Positions 8,670 through 21,300 of a DNA stretch of 64,000 nucleotides are shown here, one piece after another; the stretch's first letter is position 1; each line of letters begins with the position of its first letter. Made by a program: the position numbers and the translations under genes. The notes under the pieces are model-generated. The model was not told where the DNA came from. It worked only from the letters and a program-made list of their open reading frames with translations, and did not search any database. The stretch spans positions 32,001-96,000 of the forward strand of contig CAXXGO010000005.1 of NCBI GenBank assembly GCA_963666835.2. The letters run 5' to 3'. Origin of the DNA: Phycisphaerae bacterium (GTDB lineage Bacteria > Planctomycetota > Phycisphaerae > UBA1845).

Positions 8670-9194
8670 CTAAATGGACACGTCGTATCCCTTGGCGAGG
8701 ATCTGCCGCACCGCATCCTGGGCGGCCTCAAAAGTGGAGAAGCCCGGGATACGAAACTGGTCTCGAAGGGGCGACGAAAGACGATCAAAGCAGACCAACC
8801 TGCCGTCAACAGCAATGCCGAACATTCCCCCGATGCGATCCTGTGACCATAATGCAAGACGATCTCTGCACTGCTCCCTCAACCACAGCACAACGGCGAA
8901 TGTTCCGTTCGACTGCTCATTCGCGTAGATTCGCGTGTATTCGCAGCAGGAGAGCGTAACACCCGGTTCTCTCTCGCGATACCAAACCGATCCATCCTCC
9001 GCAACAATCTCCACAGTGTGAGCGTCAGTTCGAACGCGGTCTAGGCTCAACAACTGCACATAGTCACGATTGCCGGGCGCTGCTACCCGTACCGGCGAAA
9101 AGTCGACGTGCAGAATGCAGCACTGGTTCGGCGTAGCCAGCACCGATACAACAAGTACGGCCAACGCCAACAGGATCACCATCATCCTAAGCAT
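8670..9194 (-). CDS. Exported protein with SecDF-head-like domain; putative Rhs immunity paralog 2
   Basis: N-terminal hydrophobic segment; strong similarity to 9423-9941; GIAVDGRLV...IPGFSTFEAAQ. Confidence 0.7.
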   Translation of the reverse strand: MLRMMVILLALAVLVVSVLATPNQCCILHVDFSPVRVAAPGNRDYVQLLSLDRVRTDAHTVEIVAEDGSVWYREREPGVTLSCCEYTRIYANEQSNGTFAVVLWLREQCRDRLALWSQDRIGGMFGIAVDGRLVCFDRLSSPLRDQFRIPGFSTFEAAQDAVRQILAKGYDVSI

Positions 9195-9422
9195 TGCCCT
9201 GTCGCATCACCACGGCCGAATCCTCAACACATATCATGGGAGTTAGTCTTCGACTACCGAACTCCGCGGGGTGTCCGGCTTCTGCCACCTTTGCGTGCCT
9301 ACCTTGCCGAGGACACCCGTTGTGGGGCCGCGGTAACACGGGCGCACGCCCTGCTCGCCTGTCCATGTCCGGGATGGCTGCCGCTGCAAGCTGGCGGGCA
9401 ATCCGCGGTGTGGTCGACAGAA

Positions 9423-9941
9423 TCACCTACGGACTCCGAACCCCTGCAGGAGAATCTCTCTGGCTGCTTCATCAGCTGCCTCAAGTGTCGAGAAGACCGG
9501 AATGCCAAACCGGAGGTCAAAAGGTCCGCGAAGCCGTGCAGTATACACCAGCTTGTCGTCGATAGTAATGCCAATCATCTTGCCGAGACGGCCCTTCGAC
9601 CAATGTCTGAATCGATCCCTGCACAATTCTTGCACCCAAACGATGACGCCGAAGTTCCCATCTGGAAAGTCCATCGTTTCGATCCGGTCACAGTCACAGC
9701 AGGCAAGTGAAATCCCGGCTTCTTCTTCTCGATACCAGACCGATCCGTCTTCGCCAACGATCCTTACGGTGTGGGCATCAGTGGGGATGCCGCTGAGGCC
9801 CAACACCTGCACGTAGTCAGGGTTTCCGGACGGCGCCACCTTGACCGGCGCACTCGTCGTATCCGTGTTACGCTGTTGATTCCCTACAAACAGAATCAAG
9901 ACAATCAGTCCGACCACCGCTATACCCGTGATTACTCGCAT
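9423..9941 (-). CDS. Exported protein with SecDF-head-like domain; putative immunity to the orphan Rhs toxin
   Basis: Start overlaps the orphan Rhs stop; TM/signal segment; GITIDDKLVYTARL...FSTLEAADE. Confidence 0.72.
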   Translation of the reverse strand: MRVITGIAVVGLIVLILFVGNQQRNTDTTSAPVKVAPSGNPDYVQVLGLSGIPTDAHTVRIVGEDGSVWYREEEAGISLACCDCDRIETMDFPDGNFGVIVWVQELCRDRFRHWSKGRLGKMIGITIDDKLVYTARLRGPFDLRFGIPVFSTLEAADEAAREILLQGFGVRR

Positions 9942-11212
9942 TTGCCTACATCACCCTCGCCGCACTGAAGAGGCCCTGGATTATTAGTCCCCAGCGGACT
10001 ACCGTGTACATCACAGAGCGTCTCGCCATACCCTATTGTCTCGCAGGACAGAACCGCTCTCATGTTGTCAAAAACGGCCTTCCCATAGATATGCTGGGAT
10101 TTTCCTGTGCCCTCGATCGTCTTCTCTTCTCGGTACTCACCTGCTCCGTCGTCGCAATCCCGCACACACGTGCGGACACATATCTCCTTCTTCCGGCAAG
10201 CCCTGCCACTCCAGTCAATGCGGCTATGATCATAGCTGCTGTAGCCGCGAAGTAACACTTCTGCAGTCGGCAAATAGAACACACTTCTCATACCGAGTGT
10301 CATGTCGGCATCGTCCGCCTCGCCGTTGTCGGCTCTGAAGCCAATGACCTTTACACCAACCTTCACGGTGTTGAGGATCGTGAAATCGACATCGCGGACT
10401 GTGGCCCTCGCCTCTTTCAGCGTCCGTTGCAGGAGCCCCCTGATCAACCATTTCTCGGTTGACTTCGCCTCTCTCAGATACGTCCCGCGCACTGTTACAG
10501 TCTGGAAACCATTGGATACACGCAAACTCGTCCAGGGCCCACACTTCATGCCGAGAACATCCGTGTGCCGGGCGGGATTACTCTGAACATAGTGGTACAG
10601 ACTCATCCCATCACCGTATTGCGCCGCAACACGCGCCGCCGGTTGTACGGCAAACGTGACCGCATTATGCGAGGCGCCGCTCGTGAGCACCAACCCCGTC
10701 CCGTTCGGGTCCGCCTGCAGGAAGCGGCTTAGCAGGGGATCGTAATAGCGGGCGCGGTTATAGTAGAGGCCGGTTTCGCGGTCAAGGATCAGGCCGTTGC
10801 GGCCGAGGGGGATCAGCAGCTCGGTTAGATCGGCAGGGCCGTTGCCTTCTGCGTTGCCGGATCCGTCCTCGATGTGCTGATACGCACCGTATGGGGCGTA
10901 CGAATACTGCTGCTCGAGGTATCCCAGGTGATCGGTCACGCCGACGACGTCGTAGTTGGCGTCCTGCAACACGAAGTGCGGGTCCGGATCGGCGGCACCG
11001 GTGTCGTAATATGCCACGACCTCATCGATATAATCCAACCCGTAAACGTACCGGCGATGCGGCTCGACGGCCGTGTCGCTCGCGCTGGTCTTACGGTGCT
11101 CCAGCACGCGGTGGCCGTCGTAGTAGAAATAGTCGCCGTAGCCGGTCGTGTCGAGCGGGGCTCCGGAGTTCTCCACCCGTTTGCGAATCCGCCGGCCGAG
11201 GGCCTCGTAATC
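9932..11212 (-). pseudogene. Orphan Rhs C-terminal module (core end plus alternative toxin domain)
   Basis: YEALGRR...YYDGHRVLEHR...TGLYYNRARYYDP; PARHTDVLG boundary then an unrelated C-terminus; DNA nearly identical to 13008-13450; no good start codon. Confidence 0.85.
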
Positions 11213-11256
11213 GAAGCTCAGCGAGATTCGGGCGCTGGTCGGGAAGAGCCGATTGC

Positions 11257-11475
11257 TCAGCGAGTCAAGTACAGGATCATTACACCGGTTCTAACCAAAC
11301 CAATAGCCACCCCCAGCGCCGCGACAATTGTGTACCCGCGCGACGGGCTGATTGCGATTCCCCACGCCCCATAAGCCAGAGAACCCAGCATCAAGGGAGG
11401 GGCGCAAACCACGAATGACAAAATGCCGCACGATACAGAAATCGCCCCGCTTGTCCTTGCCCAATCAATGTCCAC
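11257..11475 (-). CDS. Small hydrophobic hypothetical protein (possibly a remnant)
   Basis: 72-aa ORF with two TM segments between the immunity gene and the orphan module. Confidence 0.35.
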   Translation of the reverse strand: MDIDWARTSGAISVSCGILSFVVCAPPLMLGSLAYGAWGIAISPSRGYTIVAALGVAIGLVRTGVMILYLTR

Positions 11476-11579
11476 GCGTATGCAGACTCCTGTGATATGA
11501 GTACGCTCAGCAGCAACCCGATGTCCGGAGGATGCCGTATCTCCGAACTACCGCACTCACCCTGCGCCTCGCCCCCCCG

Positions 11580-12368
11580 TCAGTCCGACCTATCGCGCCC
11601 TTCAGCTCCTGCGACATTCCTTGCTCCCTCCGACGGCGAACCTTCAGCAAACGAACGACAGCCAAAGGCCGTTCCTAGTGGAAGGAAACTGCTCATTCGG
11701 CCAGTGCGATCTTCTATGGCAGCGTAAGCAGATACCTGCTCACCAATAGCATACGGAAGAACCGACACATCTCCGATGTTGACCCGGAGAAGTCCGTCAG
11801 CATCCGCGATGCCGTGTTCTTTGTATAGGTCCCAAGATACCGGCTCCAGTCTCCACATCCTAGATGATAGGATAGAATTGTCTTTCTGCTGCTGTGTATC
11901 CTCAATCAACGTGTGAACGATTGCTGCGTCTGGACCACAAATTATAATGTGATATCGGTAAGTCTCTCGGTTTAAATTGACCCAGTCTAACCCAAGAACA
12001 GGTTCCCCATCCATTGTGTAGTTCGCCGTAGCCATTAGTAGTACCGGTGGTCGTCTTTCCGGCAGCGTGCCCTCATCCAGTAGGCGGAGCGCCGCCAGAG
12101 CCTGCGCAACATGAAGGCTGCTGTCCCTGTACCGGATAGTGCTTCCCTGAATGACCCTGTGCAAAAAACGTCTCGTACTCTCAATCTGCTTGTGGAGCGT
12201 GTTTTTGTAATCGCGCGCGATTGCCGGGACATCTGGAAGCGCAGTATAGCCAGCGTGCGGCGCATCTGTGTCCGAGTTACGGTTGCATGCTCCTGCAAGC
12301 ATGATTAGAGCGACAACCGCACCATATCCACACGTTAGTGTAATTGCAGCTAGCGTTATTCGGGGCAT
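11580..12368 (-). CDS. Putative Rhs immunity protein (membrane-anchored or lipoprotein-like)
   Basis: Start overlaps the Rhs stop; hydrophobic N-terminus ending LAGAC; visibly AT-richer than the Rhs core. Confidence 0.7.
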   Translation of the reverse strand: MPRITLAAITLTCGYGAVVALIMLAGACNRNSDTDAPHAGYTALPDVPAIARDYKNTLHKQIESTRRFLHRVIQGSTIRYRDSSLHVAQALAALRLLDEGTLPERRPPVLLMATANYTMDGEPVLGLDWVNLNRETYRYHIIICGPDAAIVHTLIEDTQQQKDNSILSSRMWRLEPVSWDLYKEHGIADADGLLRVNIGDVSVLPYAIGEQVSAYAAIEDRTGRMSSFLPLGTAFGCRSFAEGSPSEGARNVAGAEGRDRSD

Positions 12369-15300
12369 CTTTTTTGCGTTGCGCATTTCTGTTCCACCAA
12401 CGCCTGAGTCTTTATCGCGCAGTCGTTGATAAGCTTCTTCTGGAGTTCAGAACTAAACCCAAGGTGCGATTCGCCGGGCTCTACCGACGGGAGCACCCTT
12501 ACAGGACATCGTTTCCACTTCCAGCCGTCGATCGCCTCTGCCCAGAAAGACGACGACCACCAGGGATCGACGCAGGCTTTGCACCGATATCGATACCAGA
12601 TGCTAAAACCGCCCTTGCGTGTGAAGGCGCGGATCAAAGGAACTGCCGCAATCGCCATCGAATTCTCCTCGAAGTACTTTGGCGCGTTCCATTTGTTGCA
12701 TTCAAACACAATGGGACCCTTGAAGGATTGGGCGTATGTCACAGCCATGTAGACGTCGGCAGCAGCCAACGAGAATCCAACGTACTTCGCTTCGTCCGGA
12801 TTAAGTAATCCGGGAACGACCTGCGTTTCCAAGTCGTAACAGACGTCACCTTCGTTGCACAGTCCACGTGGATCGCGGTTGTTGACAGGGCGTCCGCTGA
12901 GGTACTGGTAGAGGTTCATTCCATCGCCATACTGAACTCTGGCGCTGAGCGAAAAACTCGTACCAAAGGTCTGGCCTCCGTAAGCTAAGCTGCAGCTCTG
13001 CCCCATTCCCGTCCCGTTCGGGTCCGCCTGCAGGAAGCGGCTTAGCAGCGGATCGTAATAGCGGGCGCGGTTATAGTAGAGGCCGGTTTCGCGGTCAAGG
13101 ATCAGGCCGTTGCGGCCGAGGGGGATCAGCAGCGCGGTTAGGTCGGCGTCCATGTTGTTATATCGCACGCCGGATCCGTCCTCGATGTGCTGATACGCAC
13201 CGTAGGGGGCGTACGAATACTGCTGCTCGAGGTATCCCTGGTGATCGGTCACGCCCACGACGTCGTAGTTGGCGTCCTGCAGCACGAAATGCGGGTTCGG
13301 ATCGGCGGAGCCGGTGTCGTAATACGCCACCACCTCATCGATATAATCCAACCCGTAAACGTACCGGCGATGCGGCTCGACGGCGGTCCCGGCCGCGTTG
13401 GTCTTGCGGTGCTCCAGCACGCGGTGGCCGTCGTAGTAGAAGTAGTCGCCGTCCCATTCTTGGTCTGAAGGATCGAACACGCCTTTGTAGATCCGCCGGC
13501 CGAGGGCGTCGTATTTGTACCAGGCGACAGCGCCGCCGGAAGTGCCGGTGAAGGCATCGCCGCTCACGGCCAGGGTGCCTCGCTCGTTGACGCGTACTAC
13601 CCGATTCCAGGCGTCGTACTTGTAGAAATGCTTGTTATCGAGGATCACGTTCCCGGCCTTGTCGTAGTGGAAATCGGTGGTGTCGAAAGAGGTCGGGGGC
13701 TGGGGATGTGCGTCATAGTGATGTTGCACGATCTGGTTCGTCGCGTCGGTATCGTGATGGGTATAGGCGGTAACGGTGTCACCGCTGGAGTACCCGGGAT
13801 TCCCGGACGAGAACGTGTAATCGATCACGCTTCGCTGATTCGTCTGGTCCCCGGACCAGTTTCCCAAAACGTCCAAATTCCACGCCCGGCCGGTCCCGCC
13901 GTTGTCTATCACCGGTACTGATGTATCGAGCACGCCCCGTTCGGCGTAGACCAGCCGGTTCAGATTGTCGTAGCCATACAGGAACGACCGATTGTTCGCG
14001 TGCCCGGCCTGGTTGATCTTGGCGTACGTGCGGTTGCCGTTGGCGTCGTAACCGTACTCGTAACGATGAAGGGTAGAGGCACCGTTGCGCTTGAAGCCCA
14101 TGCTGGTGATGCGGCCGAAGCGGTCGAGGGCGCTGGCGGTCGTGTAATCGAGCGCGACCGCGTTACCACCCCAAGCCTTCTTTACATTTCGCCCGCCGCC
14201 GGTAGCGGTATAGGCGATCAGCGGATTGCTCGTACCGTCGACCTCGGACACGCCGGTCATGCGGCCGATGGCGTCGGTCCAACTCTGGCCGTTGTACGAG
14301 AACTCCACCGCGAAATCAGCCGTGGCATCGAGCTCGTGCGGGTACGAGATGCCGGTTACGCGGTTCTGGTTTCCTTCCCACTGCCAGTTGTAATCGACCT
14401 TCCTGGTCATGGACTCTGACGCCGCGGTTCTCGGATTCAGCGTCTCGCTGATCAGGTTGCCGAAGGCGTCGTACTCGAAGAGCACTTGGTTGGACAGGGT
14501 GTCCGCGGAGCAGTACTGCTGGGCCGAGGTTAGCTGGCGTCGGGTGTTGTAGCCGAAGGCGAGGTGGTCGATGGTTTTATAGCAGGCGTCGGAGATGGAG
14601 GGTGGATCACCGGCCGGGTAGCTGACCCGCACCTCCGTCGGTTGATTCCCCGGCGAGGCCGAGCAGGAGGAACAGCCCGCGTTGCCGTCGTAATAGAAAT
14701 CAAGCGAGACGTCCCGCTGGTCCGTCCGCCGGGCGAGCCGGCCGTCGACGGTGTATTTGAACGTCAGGGCGTTGAGCGGATCCGGCTGCCCGGTGTCCCT
14801 GGCCGGGTACTGGATCACCCCGACCAAAGTCGGCGCGTGAGAGACCGCCGTGGACGGACTGTGGTCCGTCCCGTCGACGAGTTCCGCGCTGTAGACGTAG
14901 CGGGTGGCTTGAACCGTTGCGTTGGGGACGGTCACCTCGGTGGCCGCGAAGTCCGCGTCGGCGTCTTCGGTCCAGGTGATGGATGTCGGCGTGATGTCCA
15001 GGTAGGAGGCGGGGTTGCTGGGGATGATAGCAACCATCATGTCGGGCAGGCCGCCGCGGGTGTAGTGATGCGCGGTGTAGCGGACGGGGCCCTCGTAGTT
15101 CGCATCGCCCGGGTTCCAGTTTTCGGCCACCAGCAGGGTGTGCCCGAGCAAGTCGAACCAGGTCTTGGTGACGATGCCCTTGGGATCGCGGACGAAGTCG
15201 CGCCGACCGGCGGCGTCGTAGTCGTAGAGCGTGACGAGGGCGTTGCCAGTTAAGTTTGTGGTGCCGATCACGTACTTGGACCCGTCCCAAGTTGGTGCGT

Positions 15301-18300
15301 CAGGCCAGCCGCTCGGATCGCCTGTGAACCCGGTGGGCGGATTGAAGCTCGTCGTGTAGCCGGTCGCGGCGTTCGTGCCGAAGTTGGCCGTCGCGACAAG
15401 CCGCTTTGTGTACGGATCATACCAATTATAGGCGTATGTGATAAGAGCGCCGGAATAGGGGCCCATGATGCCCGTGGTGGCGTAGTCGTGCATGCGATCG
15501 CGGCGTATCTCGCAAAGCACGTTTCCGAAGGCATCGTACGTACGTTCTGTGCGGGTTAGCTCGTAGCCGCCGCAGGTGCCCGGGGTGTCGGGGTGCTCTT
15601 CACTGCAGAAGCTGGTGCGCACCACCCGGCCGAGCGAGTCGTACTCGTTGACCGTGATGCCGGTGGGAGTAAGGCTGGCCGTGACGCGGTTGAGGTCGTC
15701 GCGGAAGGTGCGGGTGTAGGTGTAGTGGTCGGGCGCGCCCGGCTCGTACGTTCTCTGTTCGTAGGTGCGGCCCCGCTCGTCGTACAGCGTTAGGGAAAGG
15801 GTCTGCGGGGTTTGCAGCCCCTCACGCGTGCAGACCTGGTTGACCGCGATTTCCGGCGCGAGTTTTGTCCAGGCTTCGATCTCGTCAAGCGTGGGGAGGA
15901 TGCCGTCGGGTGGCCAGGTGGCCACGATTACGGGGCGATCCAGATTGTCGAAGACCGTCGCGGTGGCCGAGAGCAGCGCGGGGTCGGCCCGGCCGTGCCC
16001 GGCGCCGTCGACAACAACCTCCTTGGTGATAACGGCTCGGCCGCGCCAGTCGTAGACGTATTGGGTGTCTCGGCTGGGCGTGTCTTCGTTGAAGGCGGTG
16101 TTGCAGGCTTCGGGGCTGTCGGTGAAGCGACGCGTGCGAACGAGCCTGCCGGCGTCGTAGGGGAAGTCTTCATTGCCGGGAACGCTTTGGTCGTTCGATT
16201 CGTAGTCCGGATCGCCGTCGTTGTAGAGGCGCTCTTCGGACAGGACCATATCGTCGTCCTCGGTCGCGAACACGCGCGGGAACCAGTCTGCGCAGCCGTC
16301 GGCCGAGCCGTTGAAGACCTTAGTGGGCCGGCGTTTTGAGTCGAACAGCATTCGTTTGATCGTGCCGTCCGGCTCCTTCTGCCGCGCGATGCGGTCTTCG
16401 AGGTCGTACGTGAATTCGCGGACGACCGTCCGGCGGTCCGGGCCGGAGTCTGGGGGCTGCTTGAAGTCGTTGTAGCTGATGTCGTGGGTCGGCTTGAGCG
16501 TGGAAGCCTGGCGGTATTCCTTGGCGGTCCGGGCGAGGGTGATGATCTGGTCGGCGGCACCCGGTGGCCAATTGATGGTCGTTTCATCTCCTTGGGTCTG
16601 GGTCGGAATGGGTGGCGTCCAATTCTCGGTGTTATTGCCCTGAACGTAACCCAAACAGGGAGTACTCGAGCCGCATGGTATCCAGTTATCGCCGGGGACT
16701 ACGCCGTCTTCGCCCGTCCAACCGGCTATCGCGCCATCGTGATCATAATCGAGAAGAGAGACGGCCCAGCCGAAATCGTCGATCTTGTCCGTCATGTTCT
16801 TGCCGGTCGCGCCCTGCCTGGCTGGGTTCCAGGCGATAACGCGCTGTTCGACGAACCTGCCGCCCTTGTCGACGACCTTCACGGTCGTCGTGCCGTGGAC
16901 CTGAACGTCGCTATTGCCCACGTGGACCCCGGTGTGCTCGATGGAGTATGAATAGGGGTCGCGCCATTGGAGGGAGACCGCTCCGTTAACCTCCTCATAA
17001 CGAATCGTCCGGTTGCTCAGAACCGCATAATCGGTTCTCGTCATGTCGCCTTCAACGAAGTCTGAAGCAGTCCACTCGTTGGATTCGATGGAGTGGTCAA
17101 GCCTGTCCAACACATCTGTCGTGAGCTGCCCCACGATCCGTGATGTCACTCTCTCCGAGGACCCCTCGCGAAGCAGCAGCGTGGTGATGTTCTTCGCATT
17201 GGCGCTGCCTTTCCGACCGTACGATCCGCCGGACGTAGGCCAGTTGAAGCCGGCTATTGCCGGCGTGATTCCGTCTCCTTCCTCGTCCACATGGATCTTA
17301 CCCGTGTCTATATCGCGGACTTCGATGATGTTCCGACCGGATTCGTCGTAGCCGGTGTAATCGTAATAGAACGGCATAGCCGGCTGGGGGGGGTCGTCAT
17401 CAGCACCGGCAACACCGGCACCGCGTCCGTGCAGGCGCAGCCGCCCGCTGCGGTCAAAATACCACAGCTCGAGGGCGATATTTCCGGTTCCGCCCTGATC
17501 TGTGCTGACAGCCTCCTCCCAGCGCCATTTCCATTCGACGGAGTTCTGGTGGTCATTCTTCTGATGGAACTCGTAATGGTAGTTCACCAGACTCACGCCG
17601 TCCTTGGTTGAATCGCCACTGGCGATTGCGGGGGGGATGGCATCATACGTGACCTCGGCGGCGTCTTGATTGTGCAGGTCGACGTAACGCAGGTAGTCGT
17701 TGCAAGTGCCGCCGTCGGGGCAGGAACAGCCGGAGGTGTCATCAGTGCACTCGGCCGCCTCTTCGTCCAGGCACGTTACCTCGGCACCGATTGTCCCGGC
17801 CGGGTCGTGAATACACCCGCTGGTGCTTTCAGTCGAGAAAGTCAAGTTGCTACCGGCCATAGGGGCGTAGTACGTTGCTTCGGTCTCGGGCAGGTCCAGG
17901 ACCGTCGGCTTATTTGGGCCCGAGCCCTCAGGCGTGCGCTCGAAGTGCTTCGTCAGGGTGACGACGTTAAGCTGATCCGGCGTCACCCGCTGGACCGGGA
18001 CATCTTCGACTACGTCGGGCGTCTTGCACTGCTGATTGTAGAGGTTTCCGCCGGCGGAGCCCTTCGCGATACCGGTAAGGACCGTGTGCCAGCCGCCTTC
18101 GCCGCCGAACAACTGCGTAAGCACTCGGCCGGTGGTTTTCACCGCGTGCTGTCCGCCGTCGCGGAGGGCGGCCACCCAACTTTCGTCGAAGACCTGTCCG
18201 GTCTGCCCGCGTTTGTTGACCAGTTCATACTGTTGGTCGTCCACCAGAGAGGTCTGGATGCCGTCGTATCCGGGCGTAAGAATAAGTCGATCGCTCAGGG

Positions 18301-21300
18301 CGATGCCGTAGTAGTTCATGACTACGACCCGGCGAGTCTTGACCTTGGCGGGCATGTAGAGGTAGTGCGAGGTCGTGTCGTATCCGTCAGCTATCGCGTC
18401 CCGGGTCTCCGCAGCGTCCAGGGTCAGGCGGAACTCATCTTCGTAGATGTAGAAGTCATTCCGCTCGTCGACATCACCGGGGATCTCCTCGTCCGTCTGC
18501 TCGACGATTTCGTCGACGATGGTGATGTTGTGCGGATCAGCGTACGAGGTCAGCTCCGCCCCCGCGTATACGCTGGAAGCGGCGCCCAGGTAGTCGAAAC
18601 GGTAGAGGTGCATCCCGCCGTCGCCGCCGCGGACACGGGCGGTCTTGATCAGGTACTTCCGGAACCGCGGCTGGGCGCCCGGAATACCAAGCTGAGTCAG
18701 CATCGTCGCATCGAAAGCGACCCCGTCGTAACAACTGCAAATGGGGTCCGGACAAGTGTGGCTGCGCTCGCCACATGCCAGGCGAGCGAAACACGCCCCG
18801 CAGTCGTTTCGAACCAGATCGCTGCAGTCCGGATCGGTGTGCATCTCGTCACTGTAACCGTCCTGCCAAAGGTACTCGCCGTCGCAGCCGTTCACTGGCA
18901 GATAGGCCATGGGGTTGTCGAGGTCCAACCTGGAACCGAGGTGATCCGCGCAATCGCCCACAAACGGCGGCTCATCGTAACAGTCCGGTATGCCCTCGTC
19001 CCCAAGCATGTAGGGGTTGTAGTACGTGTACCAGGTGGAGGCGTACATGATCAGCGCTTGCTGCGCACCCGCCGGCCCCACCGGAGCAGTGTCCGCCAAG
19101 CGGAGGATGTCGTCCGGCTCGTTGAGGTTCTCGTCCGCGTCGAGGATAGCCTGCACTGAAGGCGGATCAAACACGGCCTTGAGGAAGCCGGCATCGTTGT
19201 AACGATACAACCAGACCCGTTCGACGTAATTGTCGGGATTCGCAATATCGTCACGGACCCGCACGATGCGCTTAATCAGGTTGATTCCGGAGGGTGCTAC
19301 GGGGTCGAATACGGTAAGCTCGACGCCTTCCTCTTCGGTTTCCTCCTCTATTCGACCTTGTGGTCCGCGGAAGTCGGGATGCGGCAGGCAGTCGGGATGG
19401 ACGTTCCCCGCGAACTCATCGAATGCGCCGTTGTTGTTGATGTCCACAAACTCACCGGCATCCGCGATGCCGTCGTTGTTCGCGTCGTTGAACGGCTCCG
19501 TGAATGGCGGATGGTAGTAGTACTTCGGCACTTCCAGAGCAACCTGATTGCCCGCACCGTCACGGGCGGACAGCAGCCAATACGGATTGCTCCGCGCGTA
19601 CACGTACTGCACCTGATAGACCCAGGGGTCGGAAGCGGCTTCCTCCACCGGCAGGCAGTGCGCCGTCCGGTCGTTGCTGTCGGGCATAACGGCCCCGTCA
19701 GCTCCAGCCGTAGCCGGCAGGAACGGATGCTTGCCCGCGGCGCAGATGTCGTCCTTGTGAATCGCCCTGATGTGAACTAGCAACGGGTTATCCGTTCCGT
19801 CCTCGTCTATCATCCCGTCTTCATCATCGTCCCAGTGAGCAAACGGGTCCATGCGGTCCTTTGGATCGTTGCCCGTCGCCCCCGGACGCCAGTACAGTGG
19901 GTTGTCGCAGTGAATCACGCTGTCCCACGTTCCATCACCGTCAAGGTCGACAAATGCCTCGCCGTCGTCGTACTCGTGGTTGTTGTTGGCATCCGTATAT
20001 TCTTCCTCAAAGGAGTGGTCATGCGATTGCAGGATGACGCCCTCATCGTCGTAACACCGGCTGTCTATGGTCGTTCCGTTTTGCAGCAAGTCCTGGCAGA
20101 ATGCGCAATCAGATCTCCCCACCTTGAGATAGGCTTGGTACCCGTTCGTATCTTCGTCAATCAGCCCATCACCGTCATCGTCAACGCCCGCCTCACCGGG
20201 CTGCTCGTCTCCGTTGGTATCGCCGTCACGATCCACCACAGTTGTCGGTGGTGTCGCGTCATCTCCTAAGTGAGCCAGGGGGTCGCGGATTACGGCCACG
20301 TCCGTACCGTGATTATCGTAGAGCCATGCCCAGTATCTCGGGTTCAGGCACGGATCCCCTGAAGGAAGATCATCTTCATTCCCTGTGGCCAGAGGTTCGG
20401 CGTCTTCTGTCCCTGGATTACTCCAACACATTTCGACGGTTGTGTCCCCCGTCGCAACAGCCGCCTGGCAAGTTGCGCAATCCCAGTCGACTTCCGGATC
20501 GTCATTATACAAATAAGGAAGATTGCCACGGCTATCCTCATCTATGAGGCCGTCGCCGTCATCGTCGTGGTTGCGCTCGCCGGGAAAACCATCGTCGTTC
20601 GTGTCGCGTACGTTTATCTTCCTTCGTACGGCCCACGGTTCGACGTTGTCTGTGGTGCTGCCCCACACATGGAGATCGTCCCGAAAAGGCGCTCCGTTAA
20701 TGTCAAATGCGGTTTCGTCGTCCTTGCGACGGTAAGCCTGCACGGTCAGCAACGTCGTCTCGTCGAGAAGCTCGGGAAGCCTGCCAAACTCCCACTCAGA
20801 TTGAGGGAGATGCGAGTAGATGGACTTCCACTCACGCCAGGGCTCGGGCGTTTTCCACGGAGTGTCCAAAGGTGATATCCGATCGCTGTCCGGGTGTTCG
20901 TAGACGAAGGCGATCGTCCACTCCGGCTCATCTCCGTTGGCAATTGCATCCGCTGAGAAGAGCTCTACCGTTCGAAGTCGCTTATGCGGCAAACGCCAAG
21001 CGTTTGGGGTCGGACCATAGGCTTTGGGGATCAGTTTGGCGTACGTATCGTGGCTAAGATCAGCATCCCATGGGGGAATCTTGTAGTCCGTTTCCCAACC
21101 GTACTTGGGCACGCGGTCAAAGATAACCTGGTTTTCGTAGGCGTCGACGGCCCGCCTAGCAACGGATGCACCGGATACTGCTCCGCCGTCCACGGCACGC
21201 CCATTAGCGTCTCGGGTTACGTCCTGACGCGGCCAGGTTGCCGACCTTTCGAAGTCGATGCTGAGACTACCGCCGTCGAGTTCGAGGGTCTCGTACGTGT

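Noticed and set aside
9187..9426. 79-aa ORF between the two immunity paralogs
   Set aside because: No recognisable similarity; could be toxin-tip debris but is unsupported.
10696..13450. Repeat pair as a DGR template/variable repeat
   Set aside because: Differences are not adenine-specific, there is no reverse transcriptase, and an Rhs orphan explains it.
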